A DNA stretch of 64,000 bases from positions 160,001 through 224,000 of IMG/VR virus record IMGVR_UViG_3300033073_001153; one strand, given 5' to 3'. Below, piece after piece: positions 1 to 9,189 of this stretch. The position numbers were made by a program, and so were the translations under genes. The notes beneath the pieces are model-generated. The model made no database searches and was not told the origin of the DNA. It worked only from the letters and a program-made list of their open reading frames with translations. Source of the stretch: a virus. Its lineage: Duplodnaviria > Caudoviricetes. Positions within the stretch are counted from its first letter, which is position 1. Each line of letters opens with the position of its first letter.

Positions 1-156
1 ATAATTCATATGAGATCTGATTGCAATCTCTGCTTGACGAATATGTGATAAACAAATCATTGGATCTTTTTCTTCAATAGCTTGATCAATCGAAGCCTTA
101 GCTTTCAAAAGCCAATATTCGATATCTTCTGTCATTTGAATTTTATTTTCTTCCAT
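1..156 (-). CDS. hypothetical protein, 5' part (runs off window start)
   Basis: ATG at 156, 2 nt after the stop of the upstream ATPase; open frame MEENKIQMTEDIEYWLLKAK... to the window edge; absent from the ORF track. Confidence 0.6.
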   Translation of the reverse strand, partial: MEENKIQMTEDIEYWLLKAKASIDQAIEEKDPMICLSHIRQAEIAIRSHMNY

Positions 157-158
157 AA

Positions 159-1388
159 TTATGCTCCAAATCCTACGGATCGCTTCTTTTCAGTTTTCTT
201 ATTACTGTATTGTTTTTCGTAGTTAAAGATATCTGCCAATGTCATGGGATCTTCTACTACAACATCATGTCCTTGTCTAGACATTAATTTCTGGCTTTTT
301 TCTACTGACAATTTTTGAAAATGATACTCTGAACGTAAACGTCCTTTTCTAAGTAAAGCTGGATCGATCAAATTACGATCACAATTATAAGTGGCAATAA
401 TTGCAGTTTGTGCCAAGTCAGCATACAATCCATCTGTTAAATTCAATACAGAAGAAACCAGTTCTGAGTTGAAGAACCCGTCTTGCGATTCTCGCTTCAT
501 AAGAGCCTTTTCTGCGTCTTCAATGACTAAAATAGATCCCTTCAGACTATTTGTCACCAACTCAGTAAATTCAGGATTAGACAAACAGTTAATCATCTGT
601 GGTGGAATAAAAACTACCGGACGATCCACACAACTAATTAAATGTCTAATAGCAGAAGACTTTCCTGTTCCTGCTTCTCCATAAAACAAATATAATCCTG
701 TCTTTGTTTCGCTCTTCAACTTGTTCGTAAGATCTTCGAAAAATACTGGAAAATCATCATTGTAATTATCTTCTTCGAATTTCAATTCTGTATCGTGATT
801 AATCCAACTCACCATTGGACCCATTCTAGTTGTTTTAATAATTCCAATTTTAGGAGTTTCTTTTTTCTTTATTAAGAAATCAGTAAATGTATTTTCATCT
901 ACTTTAATGTGTATTGGATGTAAAACCGAAAAATTAAAAAAAGTTGGTTCGTCTCCATTATTTGGAAAATTTACAGTAAGCGTATAAAAACATTCTTTAT
1001 AAGAAAAAACATAATTAATTTCTGGATAATCATCCAAACTATAAACTTTTCTATATTCTAGTTTTCCGTTTTTTCTGAAAAAATCTAATAATTTCAAATC
1101 GTATTTTCCGCTTTCCATGTAAAAAATACTTGGAATTGATTTATGAAGTTTATTACAAAATAACCATGCAATTTGAGAAACCGATTCTAAGCTATCTGGA
1201 TAATCAATATCACCAAAATTAGAATGAATATAATTAAACTTATTATCTAATTCTAAAACATTTTTAAATCTTTTGATGTTTTCTTTTTTAAGATTTTCAT
1301 TTCCCATATTTTTGTCACTTTCTATAGAAATTTCATTACCAATTAATAGATCATGCACTGAAGAATACTTTCTTTTTTGGTTTCTCAT
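159..1388 (-). CDS. AAA+ ATPase (BCS1/FtsH-like clade)
   Basis: Walker A GEAGTGKS, Walker B LVIEDAE, second region of homology IDPALLRKGR. Confidence 0.85.
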   Translation of the reverse strand: MRNQKRKYSSVHDLLIGNEISIESDKNMGNENLKKENIKRFKNVLELDNKFNYIHSNFGDIDYPDSLESVSQIAWLFCNKLHKSIPSIFYMESGKYDLKLLDFFRKNGKLEYRKVYSLDDYPEINYVFSYKECFYTLTVNFPNNGDEPTFFNFSVLHPIHIKVDENTFTDFLIKKKETPKIGIIKTTRMGPMVSWINHDTELKFEEDNYNDDFPVFFEDLTNKLKSETKTGLYLFYGEAGTGKSSAIRHLISCVDRPVVFIPPQMINCLSNPEFTELVTNSLKGSILVIEDAEKALMKRESQDGFFNSELVSSVLNLTDGLYADLAQTAIIATYNCDRNLIDPALLRKGRLRSEYHFQKLSVEKSQKLMSRQGHDVVVEDPMTLADIFNYEKQYSNKKTEKKRSVGFGA

Positions 1389-1402
1389 GTTTTAAATTTC
1401 AG

Positions 1403-1432
1403 ATTATATAACCAGTTTATCTGAAAAATCAA
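1403..1432 (-). promoter_or_regulatory. sigma70-like early promoter
   Basis: TTGATT-N18-TATAAT, 14 nt upstream of the ATG at 1388. Confidence 0.6.
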
Positions 1433-1433
1433 A

Positions 1434-1793
1434 TTAACGAATTTCTCCCTGAATCAGATAACGACGAGCTGATGGATTAAATCCAGAATAAGAAGGAGGA
1501 GGATTATATGTAGCTACCCTTGGCTGATGATAATAGTGATTATGCGTCACAACAGCAGATGTTTTTTTATTATCATCTTTATCAATCACAGCAGAAGTTG
1601 CTCCCAAACCATTTTCATAGAATGGATAATCTCCTGTTGGGGGTTCTTCTTCACGACTAGCTTTATACTGTCTTGCTGGCTTTTCTTCTGAATTAGAATT
1701 GAAATTATGAATATATGTGTACGAATGATCGTCTCTCCGAACCGTCGTACAACTACTCAAAACCAGTGCTGTTAGGATTATCAATTTCTTCAT
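1434..1793 (-). CDS. putative lipoprotein (start revised to ATG 1793)
   Basis: MKKLIILTALVLSSC lipobox signal; the track's TTG start at 1829 is the -35 box of its promoter. Confidence 0.7.
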   Translation of the reverse strand: MKKLIILTALVLSSCTTVRRDDHSYTYIHNFNSNSEEKPARQYKASREEEPPTGDYPFYENGLGATSAVIDKDDNKKTSAVVTHNHYYHQPRVATYNPPPSYSGFNPSARRYLIQGEIR

Positions 1794-1800
1794 GATCGAA

Positions 1801-1829
1801 ACCATACGCTGATTTTGAAAAAGTGTCAA
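1801..1829 (-). promoter_or_regulatory. sigma70-like early promoter (near-leaderless)
   Basis: TTGACA-N17-TATGGT, ending 7 nt before ATG 1793. Confidence 0.7.
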
Positions 1830-1851
1830 CTGATTTTCCTTCGATTTTAGC

Positions 1852-1857
1852 TAAATA
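1852..1857 (+). promoter_or_regulatory. T4-type late promoter core TAAATA
   Basis: cTAAATA 5 nt before ATG 1863; same motif and spacing recur at many starts. Confidence 0.65.
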
Positions 1858-1862
1858 CTTAA

Positions 1863-2528
1863 ATGGACAAGAAGTCCCTTATTAAAAAGATACTGTTGGC
1901 ATTTGAACAATCTTCCACAAAAATAAAATACGATAAAATATATCTATTTGAAGACGGTCCTAATAACGCAAAACAAATTACCGTATCTTTCGGAGTAACT
2001 GAATATGGTAATTTGAAAAAAATGATAAGATCTTATTGTTTAAAAAATGGAAAATACACAGAAAAATTCACTCCTTATATTTCTTCTATCGGTGTTAAAC
2101 CATTAGTAAATGATTCTAAATTTGTAAATTTACTTAAAGAATCTGCATCTGATCCAGTCATGCAACAAACACAAGAAGAAGCATACGATGAAATGTACAT
2201 TAATCCTGCTTATGGATTTTGTTCTAAAAATAATTTCAACGAAGAACTTTCTAAATTAGTTATTTGTGATTCTTATCTTCAATCTGGTTCTGTTTTATCA
2301 TTACTACGAAATATGTTTTCCGAACGTCCTCCTATTAATGGTGGAGATGAAAAAGTTTGGATAACATCTTATTGTGAAGCCAGAAGAAAATGGTTAGCTA
2401 ATCATTCTAGAAAAATTCTCAACAACACAGTCTACCGTATGGATTTTATGTTAGATAGAATCAAAAAAGGCGACTGGAGTTTAAGCCAATCGCCTTTTGT
2501 TGCTAACGGTGTAAAAATCCTAGATTAG
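1863..2528 (+). CDS. lysozyme-fold glycoside hydrolase (GH46 chitosanase-like), probable endolysin
   Basis: N-terminal FE...Y...DG...TxxFGxTEYG pattern and later DSYLQSG motif; late promoter. Confidence 0.6.
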   Translation: MDKKSLIKKILLAFEQSSTKIKYDKIYLFEDGPNNAKQITVSFGVTEYGNLKKMIRSYCLKNGKYTEKFTPYISSIGVKPLVNDSKFVNLLKESASDPVMQQTQEEAYDEMYINPAYGFCSKNNFNEELSKLVICDSYLQSGSVLSLLRNMFSERPPINGGDEKVWITSYCEARRKWLANHSRKILNNTVYRMDFMLDRIKKGDWSLSQSPFVANGVKILD

Positions 2529-2758
2529 GCGTATCCAAGCAAGCTGTTTGGATTTTCCTTTCTAACGATACCATGTGCATTGTACAGAGTCACAGGGGGA
2601 ATTGACTTACTGTTATTTTCTTGCACAGTACCGTTAGTATTCGTTGGTAACGAATTACTAGGACGTTTATCATTGTTAGTTCGAATAGCCTCCAAAATGG
2701 GGGTTAATTGTAGGTATTCAGCGGTTTGTTTTACTGGTTCTATTGGTTTTGTTTGCAT
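2525..2758 (-). CDS. hypothetical protein (late)
   Basis: ATG with TAAATA 7 nt upstream (2766-2771). Confidence 0.6.
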   Translation of the reverse strand: MQTKPIEPVKQTAEYLQLTPILEAIRTNNDKRPSNSLPTNTNGTVQENNSKSIPPVTLYNAHGIVRKENPNSLLGYA

Positions 2759-2764
2759 GGAAAA

Positions 2765-3148
2765 TTATTTAGCACGCAATGCTATTAAATCTTCTGTGTG
2801 TTTATCTAATTTTTTATCTGGATGACTAATTTTTTGTAACATTCCGTTTTGAATGCGATTTTTAATATACTTTTCTTCTAAATTTTTTATTTTATTTTCT
2901 GATGTAGCTTTTAACATTATCAAATAATTATAATTATGTTCTACACCACGCAACCATGCTGTAATCATTTCTACTGTTCCTGAAAAAAGTTCAGCATCAC
3001 GTGAATAAATAGGAATCTTATCGTCTAACGGATACACACCAATAGAATATTCGCCAGCATAACTATATTTTGATTGACACATACAATAGCCTAATTTTTT
3101 TAGGCGATTTTTTAATGTATCTAATTGTTGAATATCATTCCAATTCAT
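2765..3148 (-). CDS. hypothetical protein
   Basis: 127-aa ORF directly after the vWA gene. Confidence 0.7.
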   Translation of the reverse strand: MNWNDIQQLDTLKNRLKKLGYCMCQSKYSYAGEYSIGVYPLDDKIPIYSRDAELFSGTVEMITAWLRGVEHNYNYLIMLKATSENKIKNLEEKYIKNRIQNGMLQKISHPDKKLDKHTEDLIALRAK

Positions 3149-3150
3149 AA

Positions 3151-4395
3151 TTATTCCATAGTAATCGTTGTTCCAAATGGAGCAATTCTATTGTTTGATT
3201 TATAACCAACAAAAATTACATGATCACAATATTCTGGATCTCCCCAACCTCCAGATGGGTACATATCAGTAAACATTACAAATACTTTCGGACTGATATC
3301 ATATTTTTTCATATGATCCCAATTTGCTTCAAACAATGTTCCACCTCCACCTGCTGGAACATATTCAGTAATATCAGTTCCTTCATCACTTCTAAAAATT
3401 TGTTCATTGTGAACTTCTGCATCAAATGACCAAATACGAATATTATAATCATCGTATTGTTCCATGATACCTTTGATTTCACTAAGAAATACATTCAAAG
3501 TTTTTTCATCAATACTTCCCGAAGTATCAATAGCCACACAAATATCTAATGCTTCGTCTCGACGCATACCGGGCAATACAACACCATTTTGCATTCCTTT
3601 TTTATTTGGAGTATAAAATGTATAATCGTATTTGATTTGTGACTGAATATCCATCTTCAACAACTCTTTCCAAGAAAGAGTAGGGGCAGTTAAATCTTTA
3701 ATCAAACGATCAACTCCCTTTGGGACATTACCAGCACTGTTAGCAGAAGATAATAGACTTTCTTTAATTTCATTTCTAATCTGCTGTTTCTCTGATTCAG
3801 AAAGCTTTTTACCTTTCTTTTCTAAATCATCAAGATGTTCATCCAACAACATATCAGCCAAACTATCTACATCAATCTTGTCGGCATTTTTCAAGAGATC
3901 ATCGTAAATTTCTTCAGCACACTTTCCTTTGTACTTTTCTTCAAAAAGAGTATCATTAATTCGTGATCCTATATTAGATTCAATAAGAATGGCATTCACT
4001 GCATAATCACAAGCAATGTTCCAAAGAGTGTGATGACGACACTTTTTACTAAATGTTCCGTCTTCATTAATTTCCGTAACACTATCTGGAAACTCTTTCC
4101 TGATATGATGTTCGAATACATTGTGTAGCACTTCGTGTCCAAAAAGAAATTCAGTTTCTTTGACACTGAGACTACTAATGAATTCTAAATTATAAAAGAA
4201 ATTTCTTCCATCAGTAGCAGCAGTATTCATATTATCATCTCGAACAATAGTGAGATGAGTAGCCATACTACCAAAAAAAGGTTGCTTCAATAGCAAGCCA
4301 ATTCTTGCTGCTCTAAGCTTATCTTCAATCACTGCTTGTGATGGAAGTGGTTTATTTTCGTCTTTATCTAAATCAGTTTTCTTTTTGCGTGCCAT
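3151..4395 (-). CDS. metallopeptidase-like + vWA domain protein (DUF2201 type), MoxR partner; start probably MARKKK at 4395
   Basis: TAATDG, HEVLH (HExxH), WNIACDYAVN; MIDAS DTSGS, GGGT, FTD. Confidence 0.85.
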   Translation of the reverse strand: MARKKKTDLDKDENKPLPSQAVIEDKLRAARIGLLLKQPFFGSMATHLTIVRDDNMNTAATDGRNFFYNLEFISSLSVKETEFLFGHEVLHNVFEHHIRKEFPDSVTEINEDGTFSKKCRHHTLWNIACDYAVNAILIESNIGSRINDTLFEEKYKGKCAEEIYDDLLKNADKIDVDSLADMLLDEHLDDLEKKGKKLSESEKQQIRNEIKESLLSSANSAGNVPKGVDRLIKDLTAPTLSWKELLKMDIQSQIKYDYTFYTPNKKGMQNGVVLPGMRRDEALDICVAIDTSGSIDEKTLNVFLSEIKGIMEQYDDYNIRIWSFDAEVHNEQIFRSDEGTDITEYVPAGGGGTLFEANWDHMKKYDISPKVFVMFTDMYPSGGWGDPEYCDHVIFVGYKSNNRIAPFGTTITME

Positions 4396-4600
4396 CTGAA
4401 GGTAATTCGTCATGATCACAAGAATCTACAGCATTTTCTTGTTGTTCGCAAGAAATTTCTCGTTTTTTATTTTTGAAAGTTCTATTGTTTTCGCAATAAC
4501 CACAGTTCCCATGATTACGACAACTGCGATCAAATCTCTTAGAGCCGAAATAATTTTTTCGGTATTCTTTTCCGGAATTGATCGCCTTGTCCAAACTCAT
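4373..4600 (-). CDS. small Cys/His protein, possibly Zn-binding
   Basis: SCRNHGNCGYC motif; tightly packed in the operon. Confidence 0.7.
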   Translation of the reverse strand: MSLDKAINSGKEYRKNYFGSKRFDRSCRNHGNCGYCENNRTFKNKKREISCEQQENAVDSCDHDELPSDGTQKEN

Positions 4601-4602
4601 AA

Positions 4603-5616
4603 TTAATCAACGTAGTCTTGATTGATAACCTTCACACTTAACATCTTTTGTAGTGTAGGACTATAAACAGTTTTATTGTTTTTGAAACCACGAATTACAA
4701 TTCCTTCTGCTGGTTCAGTTCCATACTTTTGTTCGTTGGCAAGAGATTGTAAAGAATCTAAAGATAAATTTTTAATATCTTCTCCCATAAAACGAGCAAC
4801 TTCTTTAACCACTGATAATCCAGAATCTTCTAATGTGAGAAGAATATCATCATAAATTAAGTATGAATCGTCAGACAAATCTTTAATATTAAATACATGA
4901 AATTCATTACCTTCAATCTTTAAAGGATTACCTTGAATTCCTTGCCCAATAATTTCTCCAGCAATAGACATTCCTTCACTCATCAAGTTTTGGAGATCGT
5001 ACTTTTTAGTCATTTGCCAATAAATATTGTCTCCTTCTTCTAGTTCTAGATTCCGAGAACATACACGGAATGTGCCATCTAGTTCTTTAATGACAGTTAA
5101 ACTAGTTCCATCTAACTTGGTGGTTACTACAATCGTATCACATTCTTTCAATTCTTCTAATACTAGAGGATTGGATAAAAGATTGTCTTCGTCAGTTTTT
5201 GATACGATATGTGTCGGGAAATCACCTTTAGCAATTCCTTGTAATTGTGCTGGAATATTTTTCACGTATTTTTTGATGCCACCAATAAGGTCTGCTACGT
5301 CTTCTCCGATTTCTGGAACGTAAAATGGATCGGGAAGAATGTTCGTATGAAAAACTAATCCAGCAGATACTACTCCACGTAGTTTTTTGGTTTTTACACG
5401 GATGGGAGCAGTTGGATCATCCTTATCATGGAAAGCACTGTTCCAAGGCGCAGGATCAAGGATAGTATCAATAGGAATAAAAACGACACGATCACCAACT
5501 TTAAAGTCACCTTTACGGACGACACTACGCCATCCATTAATTTGACAAGTTTCGATTCTATCCGCGCCATTAATAGGAAGTAATTCTTTAACGATCTCAA
5601 TTGTTGCTAGTTTCAT
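4603..5616 (-). CDS. RNA ligase, DRB0094/Rnl5 family
   Basis: N-terminal OB-like domain (INGADRIE...LRGVVSAG); motif I KLDGTS, CSRN, GEIIGQGIQGN, FHVFN, EGIV. Confidence 0.9.
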   Translation of the reverse strand: MKLATIEIVKELLPINGADRIETCQINGWRSVVRKGDFKVGDRVVFIPIDTILDPAPWNSAFHDKDDPTAPIRVKTKKLRGVVSAGLVFHTNILPDPFYVPEIGEDVADLIGGIKKYVKNIPAQLQGIAKGDFPTHIVSKTDEDNLLSNPLVLEELKECDTIVVTTKLDGTSLTVIKELDGTFRVCSRNLELEEGDNIYWQMTKKYDLQNLMSEGMSIAGEIIGQGIQGNPLKIEGNEFHVFNIKDLSDDSYLIYDDILLTLEDSGLSVVKEVARFMGEDIKNLSLDSLQSLANEQKYGTEPAEGIVIRGFKNNKTVYSPTLQKMLSVKVINQDYVD

Positions 5617-5627
5617 TTAGGGTTTAT

Positions 5628-5951
5628 TTATAGTGGAAGTTCAAATTGTTCAGCAATATGTTTTGATGTGTTTTCTTTATTTTCAAAAGTAACAAAAAAA
5701 TCTAAAAAAGCTGGAGTGTTTTCTCCTACGTATGCTCCTTGAACATTATAGGAAAAATAATCTATTGCTTCTTCATAGCTCATATCTCTACAAAGAATTT
5801 CTATACATTTTTGTTTATCAAAAATTGCAATTGTTTTAGTAAATTGTGTAGCAATTCCAACGAATGCTTCTTCAAATCCATCTGGAATTAAAATATCCTC
5901 ATCTGGATAATTTTCATCAACGTAACTATCTAATAGTTTTCTAGTAATCAT
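5628..5951 (-). CDS. conserved phage hypothetical protein
   Basis: DGFEEAFVG...MSYEEAIDYFSYNVQGAYVGENTP motif typical of a widespread small phage family. Confidence 0.75.
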   Translation of the reverse strand: MITRKLLDSYVDENYPDEDILIPDGFEEAFVGIATQFTKTIAIFDKQKCIEILCRDMSYEEAIDYFSYNVQGAYVGENTPAFLDFFVTFENKENTSKHIAEQFELPL

Positions 5952-5960
5952 AATTTAGAA

Positions 5961-6003
5961 GAAAAACCGTAGCCACATTCTATCACAAAAATGTGGCTAC
6001 GGC
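5961..6003 (-). terminator. intrinsic terminator after the MoxR gene
   Basis: 14-bp stem GCCGTAGCCACATT/AATGTGGCTACGGT followed by a U run on the minus strand. Confidence 0.8.
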
Positions 6004-6025
6004 AACCAATAACCACTACCAAATT

Positions 6026-7096
6026 TTAGGTATTAGCAAAGATATACTTTCCGTATTCTTTGTAATAATCATCAAACTTTTTCATCTTATCCGGTTCAAT
6101 AGGAACCCCACAATTTTTCATGAGTGTTTTAGAGAACATGACATTCAATTCAGCAGGAAGATTATTCATGGAAAATTCAAAAGCAGTATCCATGTATCCC
6201 CAGAAGTTTTTTACTTTCTTTTCATGTAGTTCTTTCAATTCATAAGAAAGAGAAACTACCAGAGAATATAATGCTCCGATTTCTTTTGTTTTAAGAGAAG
6301 TAACTTTACCTTCGAGGATATCAATTGCTTTTGGAAGCTTTGCAGAAGTTTTACGATAAGCATTAAACTTCAATGCCAGACCATCTCCAATCGTTCCTGA
6401 AATAAGATCCAATGCGGTGTCTTCTCCCATTTCATCTTCGTCTTGTAAGAATTGAGAAACGAACTGCCAAGTGCGTGGAGTTGCAAACGCATGACCTGAT
6501 GTCTTTGGATCAAAAGAAAAAAGATCTTGTTTCATATGAGAAACGTAACCCACTACATCTTTATGAATACTGTTATTCAGTGCCCAATCAATCCATTCAT
6601 CTACGTCAACCTTGAGATCTAGGTGAATGAAACGATTCGCAAGAGGCATTGGCATCTTATAAACTACACCACGATCAGAAGCACGATTACCTGCTGCTAC
6701 AATCGCACAATTCTTTGGAAGAACGTATTCACCAACTCGATAATTCAATACCAATTGATAAGCCGCAGCTTGTGTAGAAGGAGCAGCAGATACCAATTCA
6801 TCCAGAAAGATAATCGCATTTGAGAATTCATCTTTTGGAAATTCAGATGAAGGAGCCCACTTCATGCTTTCAGATTTCGGATCAAAATATGGAAACCCCT
6901 TAATATCAGAAGGATCATAAAGTGCCAACCTGATATCAATAACAGGACGACCCAATTCTTTTCCAATCTGATGAACAATGTCAGATTTTCCACAACCCGG
7001 TGCTGAATAGATCATCACAGGTCGCCGGACTTTGATGGCTTGCTTAACTGCCTTGATCAAGGCATTTGGCGTTACAGTTCTAGTAGATTCACTCAT
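6026..7096 (-). CDS. MoxR-like AAA+ ATPase
   Basis: APGCGKS, IIFLDE, AAGNR, LANRF, TPRTW motifs. Confidence 0.9.
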   Translation of the reverse strand: MSESTRTVTPNALIKAVKQAIKVRRPVMIYSAPGCGKSDIVHQIGKELGRPVIDIRLALYDPSDIKGFPYFDPKSESMKWAPSSEFPKDEFSNAIIFLDELVSAAPSTQAAAYQLVLNYRVGEYVLPKNCAIVAAGNRASDRGVVYKMPMPLANRFIHLDLKVDVDEWIDWALNNSIHKDVVGYVSHMKQDLFSFDPKTSGHAFATPRTWQFVSQFLQDEDEMGEDTALDLISGTIGDGLALKFNAYRKTSAKLPKAIDILEGKVTSLKTKEIGALYSLVVSLSYELKELHEKKVKNFWGYMDTAFEFSMNNLPAELNVMFSKTLMKNCGVPIEPDKMKKFDDYYKEYGKYIFANT

Positions 7097-7125
7097 GGTA
7101 GTTTTTAGTTTTGGTTTTTTGGTTA

Positions 7126-7177
7126 ATGTCAGAACTTTCTGACACGTGAAAGATAACAGAATCTATGGTATTGTCAA
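7126..7177 (-). promoter_or_regulatory. sigma70-like promoter with 5' hairpin of the MoxR mRNA
   Basis: TTGACA-N16-TATCTT with extended TG; hairpin GTGTCAGA/TCTGACAT at 7126-7145, then an A/C-rich leader. Confidence 0.6.
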
Positions 7178-7180
7178 ATT

Positions 7181-7648
7181 TTATTTTCTGAAAAACGAAG
7201 GAGTGATTTTTTTATCAAGAGATTTCACGAGAATGAATGCTTTCAATTCATCACTCCATTTTACTGTGAATGTTTCGTCGGTGTTTCTATACACTACTGC
7301 TCCTGCAAAAATTCCATCTTTTGTAAGAACAAATCCAAATCCAGCATTCTCTTTATTTGTAATGTCTCCGAAAATTTTAAATATTTCATTATTATTATTT
7401 TCGGTTTCTTTCACAAGACCATTCAATACAGTTCCATCTGTAAGATAAATTTTAACTGCATTAGAAGGAATCAATCCAAGAATCATCTTTGGATTTAAAA
7501 CTCCATTCGTATCAGTAAGATAAGTTTCTTGATCTATTTTAAGAGAAAATGGTTGTTTCTGAATTTCTCCTTGTTTCAGCCCGCCAAAACAAGATGAACT
7601 GATAAGTGACAGTGCTAGTGCTAGTGATGTTGTTTTCATATTTTCCAT
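7181..7648 (-). CDS. secreted/periplasmic hypothetical protein
   Basis: signal peptide MKTTSLALALSLISSSCFG. Confidence 0.65.
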   Translation of the reverse strand: MENMKTTSLALALSLISSSCFGGLKQGEIQKQPFSLKIDQETYLTDTNGVLNPKMILGLIPSNAVKIYLTDGTVLNGLVKETENNNNEIFKIFGDITNKENAGFGFVLTKDGIFAGAVVYRNTDETFTVKWSDELKAFILVKSLDKKITPSFFRK

Positions 7649-8034
7649 TGTTCGAAGTTACCCGAATCGTTCGTAAAATACAATCTTTTAAATCCTACTT
7701 GTATTAGCAAATCCTGACATCCTCTACAAGGTTTTGATATAGTAGTCTTTCCTTTTCTATCGATTCTTACATTCACAAATGTACAATCCGAACAGTCTTC
7801 TTTACCATATTTCAAAATAGCGGAAAGTTCCGAATGAACGCCGACCATGCTTCTGAGATCTATTCCGGTTTTTGACCTATAATCATATTTCAAATTTGCT
7901 GGATGCGTTTTGTTCGCATTAATTCCAATTTTTTGAATTTTATTTTTCTTCACAATAAACGTAGTATGAAACGTTCTTGTGGTAAAGCCCTCGTTCATGA
8001 GTGCCCTTGTAATTTCTATGTATTTTGAAAACAT
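7636..8034 (-). CDS. Zn-dependent deaminase (CDA fold), not the canonical dCMP deaminase
   Basis: HSE...SKPCRGC motifs. Confidence 0.8.
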   Translation of the reverse strand: MFSKYIEITRALMNEGFTTRTFHTTFIVKKNKIQKIGINANKTHPANLKYDYRSKTGIDLRSMVGVHSELSAILKYGKEDCSDCTFVNVRIDRKGKTTISKPCRGCQDLLIQVGFKRLYFTNDSGNFEQWKI

Positions 8035-8288
8035 TATTTTAACAAATCGTATTTTATAGCTGATACAAAGAATTTCTTACCATCCACAACTTTGAATGTG
8101 TAACAATTGTTGTAATCAATTTCATCAAACTCTGTCTCAGCATGTACTATCCCACACGATTCGTCAAATCTTTTCATCACTTTATGGAAATTAAACTGAT
8201 CCACATATGCTCCTGTAGCATTTATCCATTCGTCTAATAACATATCATATTTTTCCATAGATATGTGTAGTTTTTTTTCCTCCTCCAT
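8034..8288 (-). CDS. hypothetical protein
   Basis: 84-aa ORF; stop overlaps the deaminase start. Confidence 0.65.
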   Translation of the reverse strand: MEEEKKLHISMEKYDMLLDEWINATGAYVDQFNFHKVMKRFDESCGIVHAETEFDEIDYNNCYTFKVVDGKKFFVSAIKYDLLK

Positions 8289-8328
8289 AAGCTATATTAA
8301 CTTATTTTGGAGTTTATAAAAAACAACA

Positions 8329-8640
8329 TTACTCTAGAAAATATGTAATAATTTTTGGCTTAAATTTAGGAGAATTTATATAAGCATTCCAATGATCTGA
8401 TAGCTCAACTGGTGCATACACTTCTCCAGTTTCTAAAACTATTTTATTTTCTGTAGCATATCCATAAATTCCATTTCTTCTCATGGCATATGCTAATACA
8501 GACCCGTATCTACAATTCGATATTCCAGAAGAAATATCTGACCATGTAATATCCAATTCTATATTTTCTTCTACTTTATGTGATTTTTCTGATAATAAAT
8601 TTTTAACCATGTTAATTAGTTTTTTAAAAAATACTACCAT
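8329..8640 (-). CDS. hypothetical protein
   Basis: 103-aa ORF. Confidence 0.6.
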   Translation of the reverse strand: MVVFFKKLINMVKNLLSEKSHKVEENIELDITWSDISSGISNCRYGSVLAYAMRRNGIYGYATENKIVLETGEVYAPVELSDHWNAYINSPKFKPKIITYFLE

Positions 8641-8683
8641 AAAATGATTTATCTTTTTTGGTATTATTTGCTAAATAATTTTT

Positions 8684-9118
8684 ATGAAATCTTCTAAATC
8701 TGTTTTATCTTTCGCAGAATTTTATTATTTAGAAGAAGGATTTGTTGATGATGTTAAAAACAAAAAACAACAAATTTTAGATAAATGGGAAGAAATCAAA
8801 AATCTTCTAAAGGAAGACAGTTACGGAAGACCTATTAATACAAAAAAAGTTCATTCATTAAAAGATCAAATTTTTTTATTATTAAAAAGATTAAAAGAAG
8901 AAAGTATTGATTTAGTGAAAGACACGATTTTCACGATTTTAAAAGATTATAATATAACTTTAAGAAACGAAAAATTACAAACTTTTTTGAGAATATCTGT
9001 TTGGCTATTACACATTATAGCACTTTTAGGTATTTATCAATTAAAAGAAATGAAAGCAGCTCGTAGAATGTTAGATGGAACTGCTACTAATGTTGAAGTG
9101 CAAACTTTAAAAAATTAA
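8684..9118 (+). CDS. late protein with capsid-targeting-like N-terminus and one TM segment
   Basis: LSFAEFYYLEE resembles the T4 capsid-targeting sequence; hydrophobic ISVWLLHIIALLGIY; TAAATA at 8672-8677. Confidence 0.6.
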   Translation: MKSSKSVLSFAEFYYLEEGFVDDVKNKKQQILDKWEEIKNLLKEDSYGRPINTKKVHSLKDQIFLLLKRLKEESIDLVKDTIFTILKDYNITLRNEKLQTFLRISVWLLHIIALLGIYQLKEMKAARRMLDGTATNVEVQTLKN

Positions 9119-9156
9119 ATCCCTCTACCTCAGAAAATCTGAAATAGAGGGATTTT
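9117..9156. terminator. bidirectional terminator between convergent genes
   Basis: AAATCCCTCTA..TCAGA-AAA-TCTGA..TAGAGGGATTTT. Confidence 0.75.
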
Positions 9157-9189
9157 GTGCAGCCAGCACACTTACAACCCTACAACCTT

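Noticed and set aside
6004-7125. 5'-3' pairing of the MoxR mRNA (ACTACCA/TGGTAGT, AACCAA/TTGGTT flanking the gene)
   Set aside because: Matches are only 6-7 nt in low-complexity sequence and cannot be distinguished from chance
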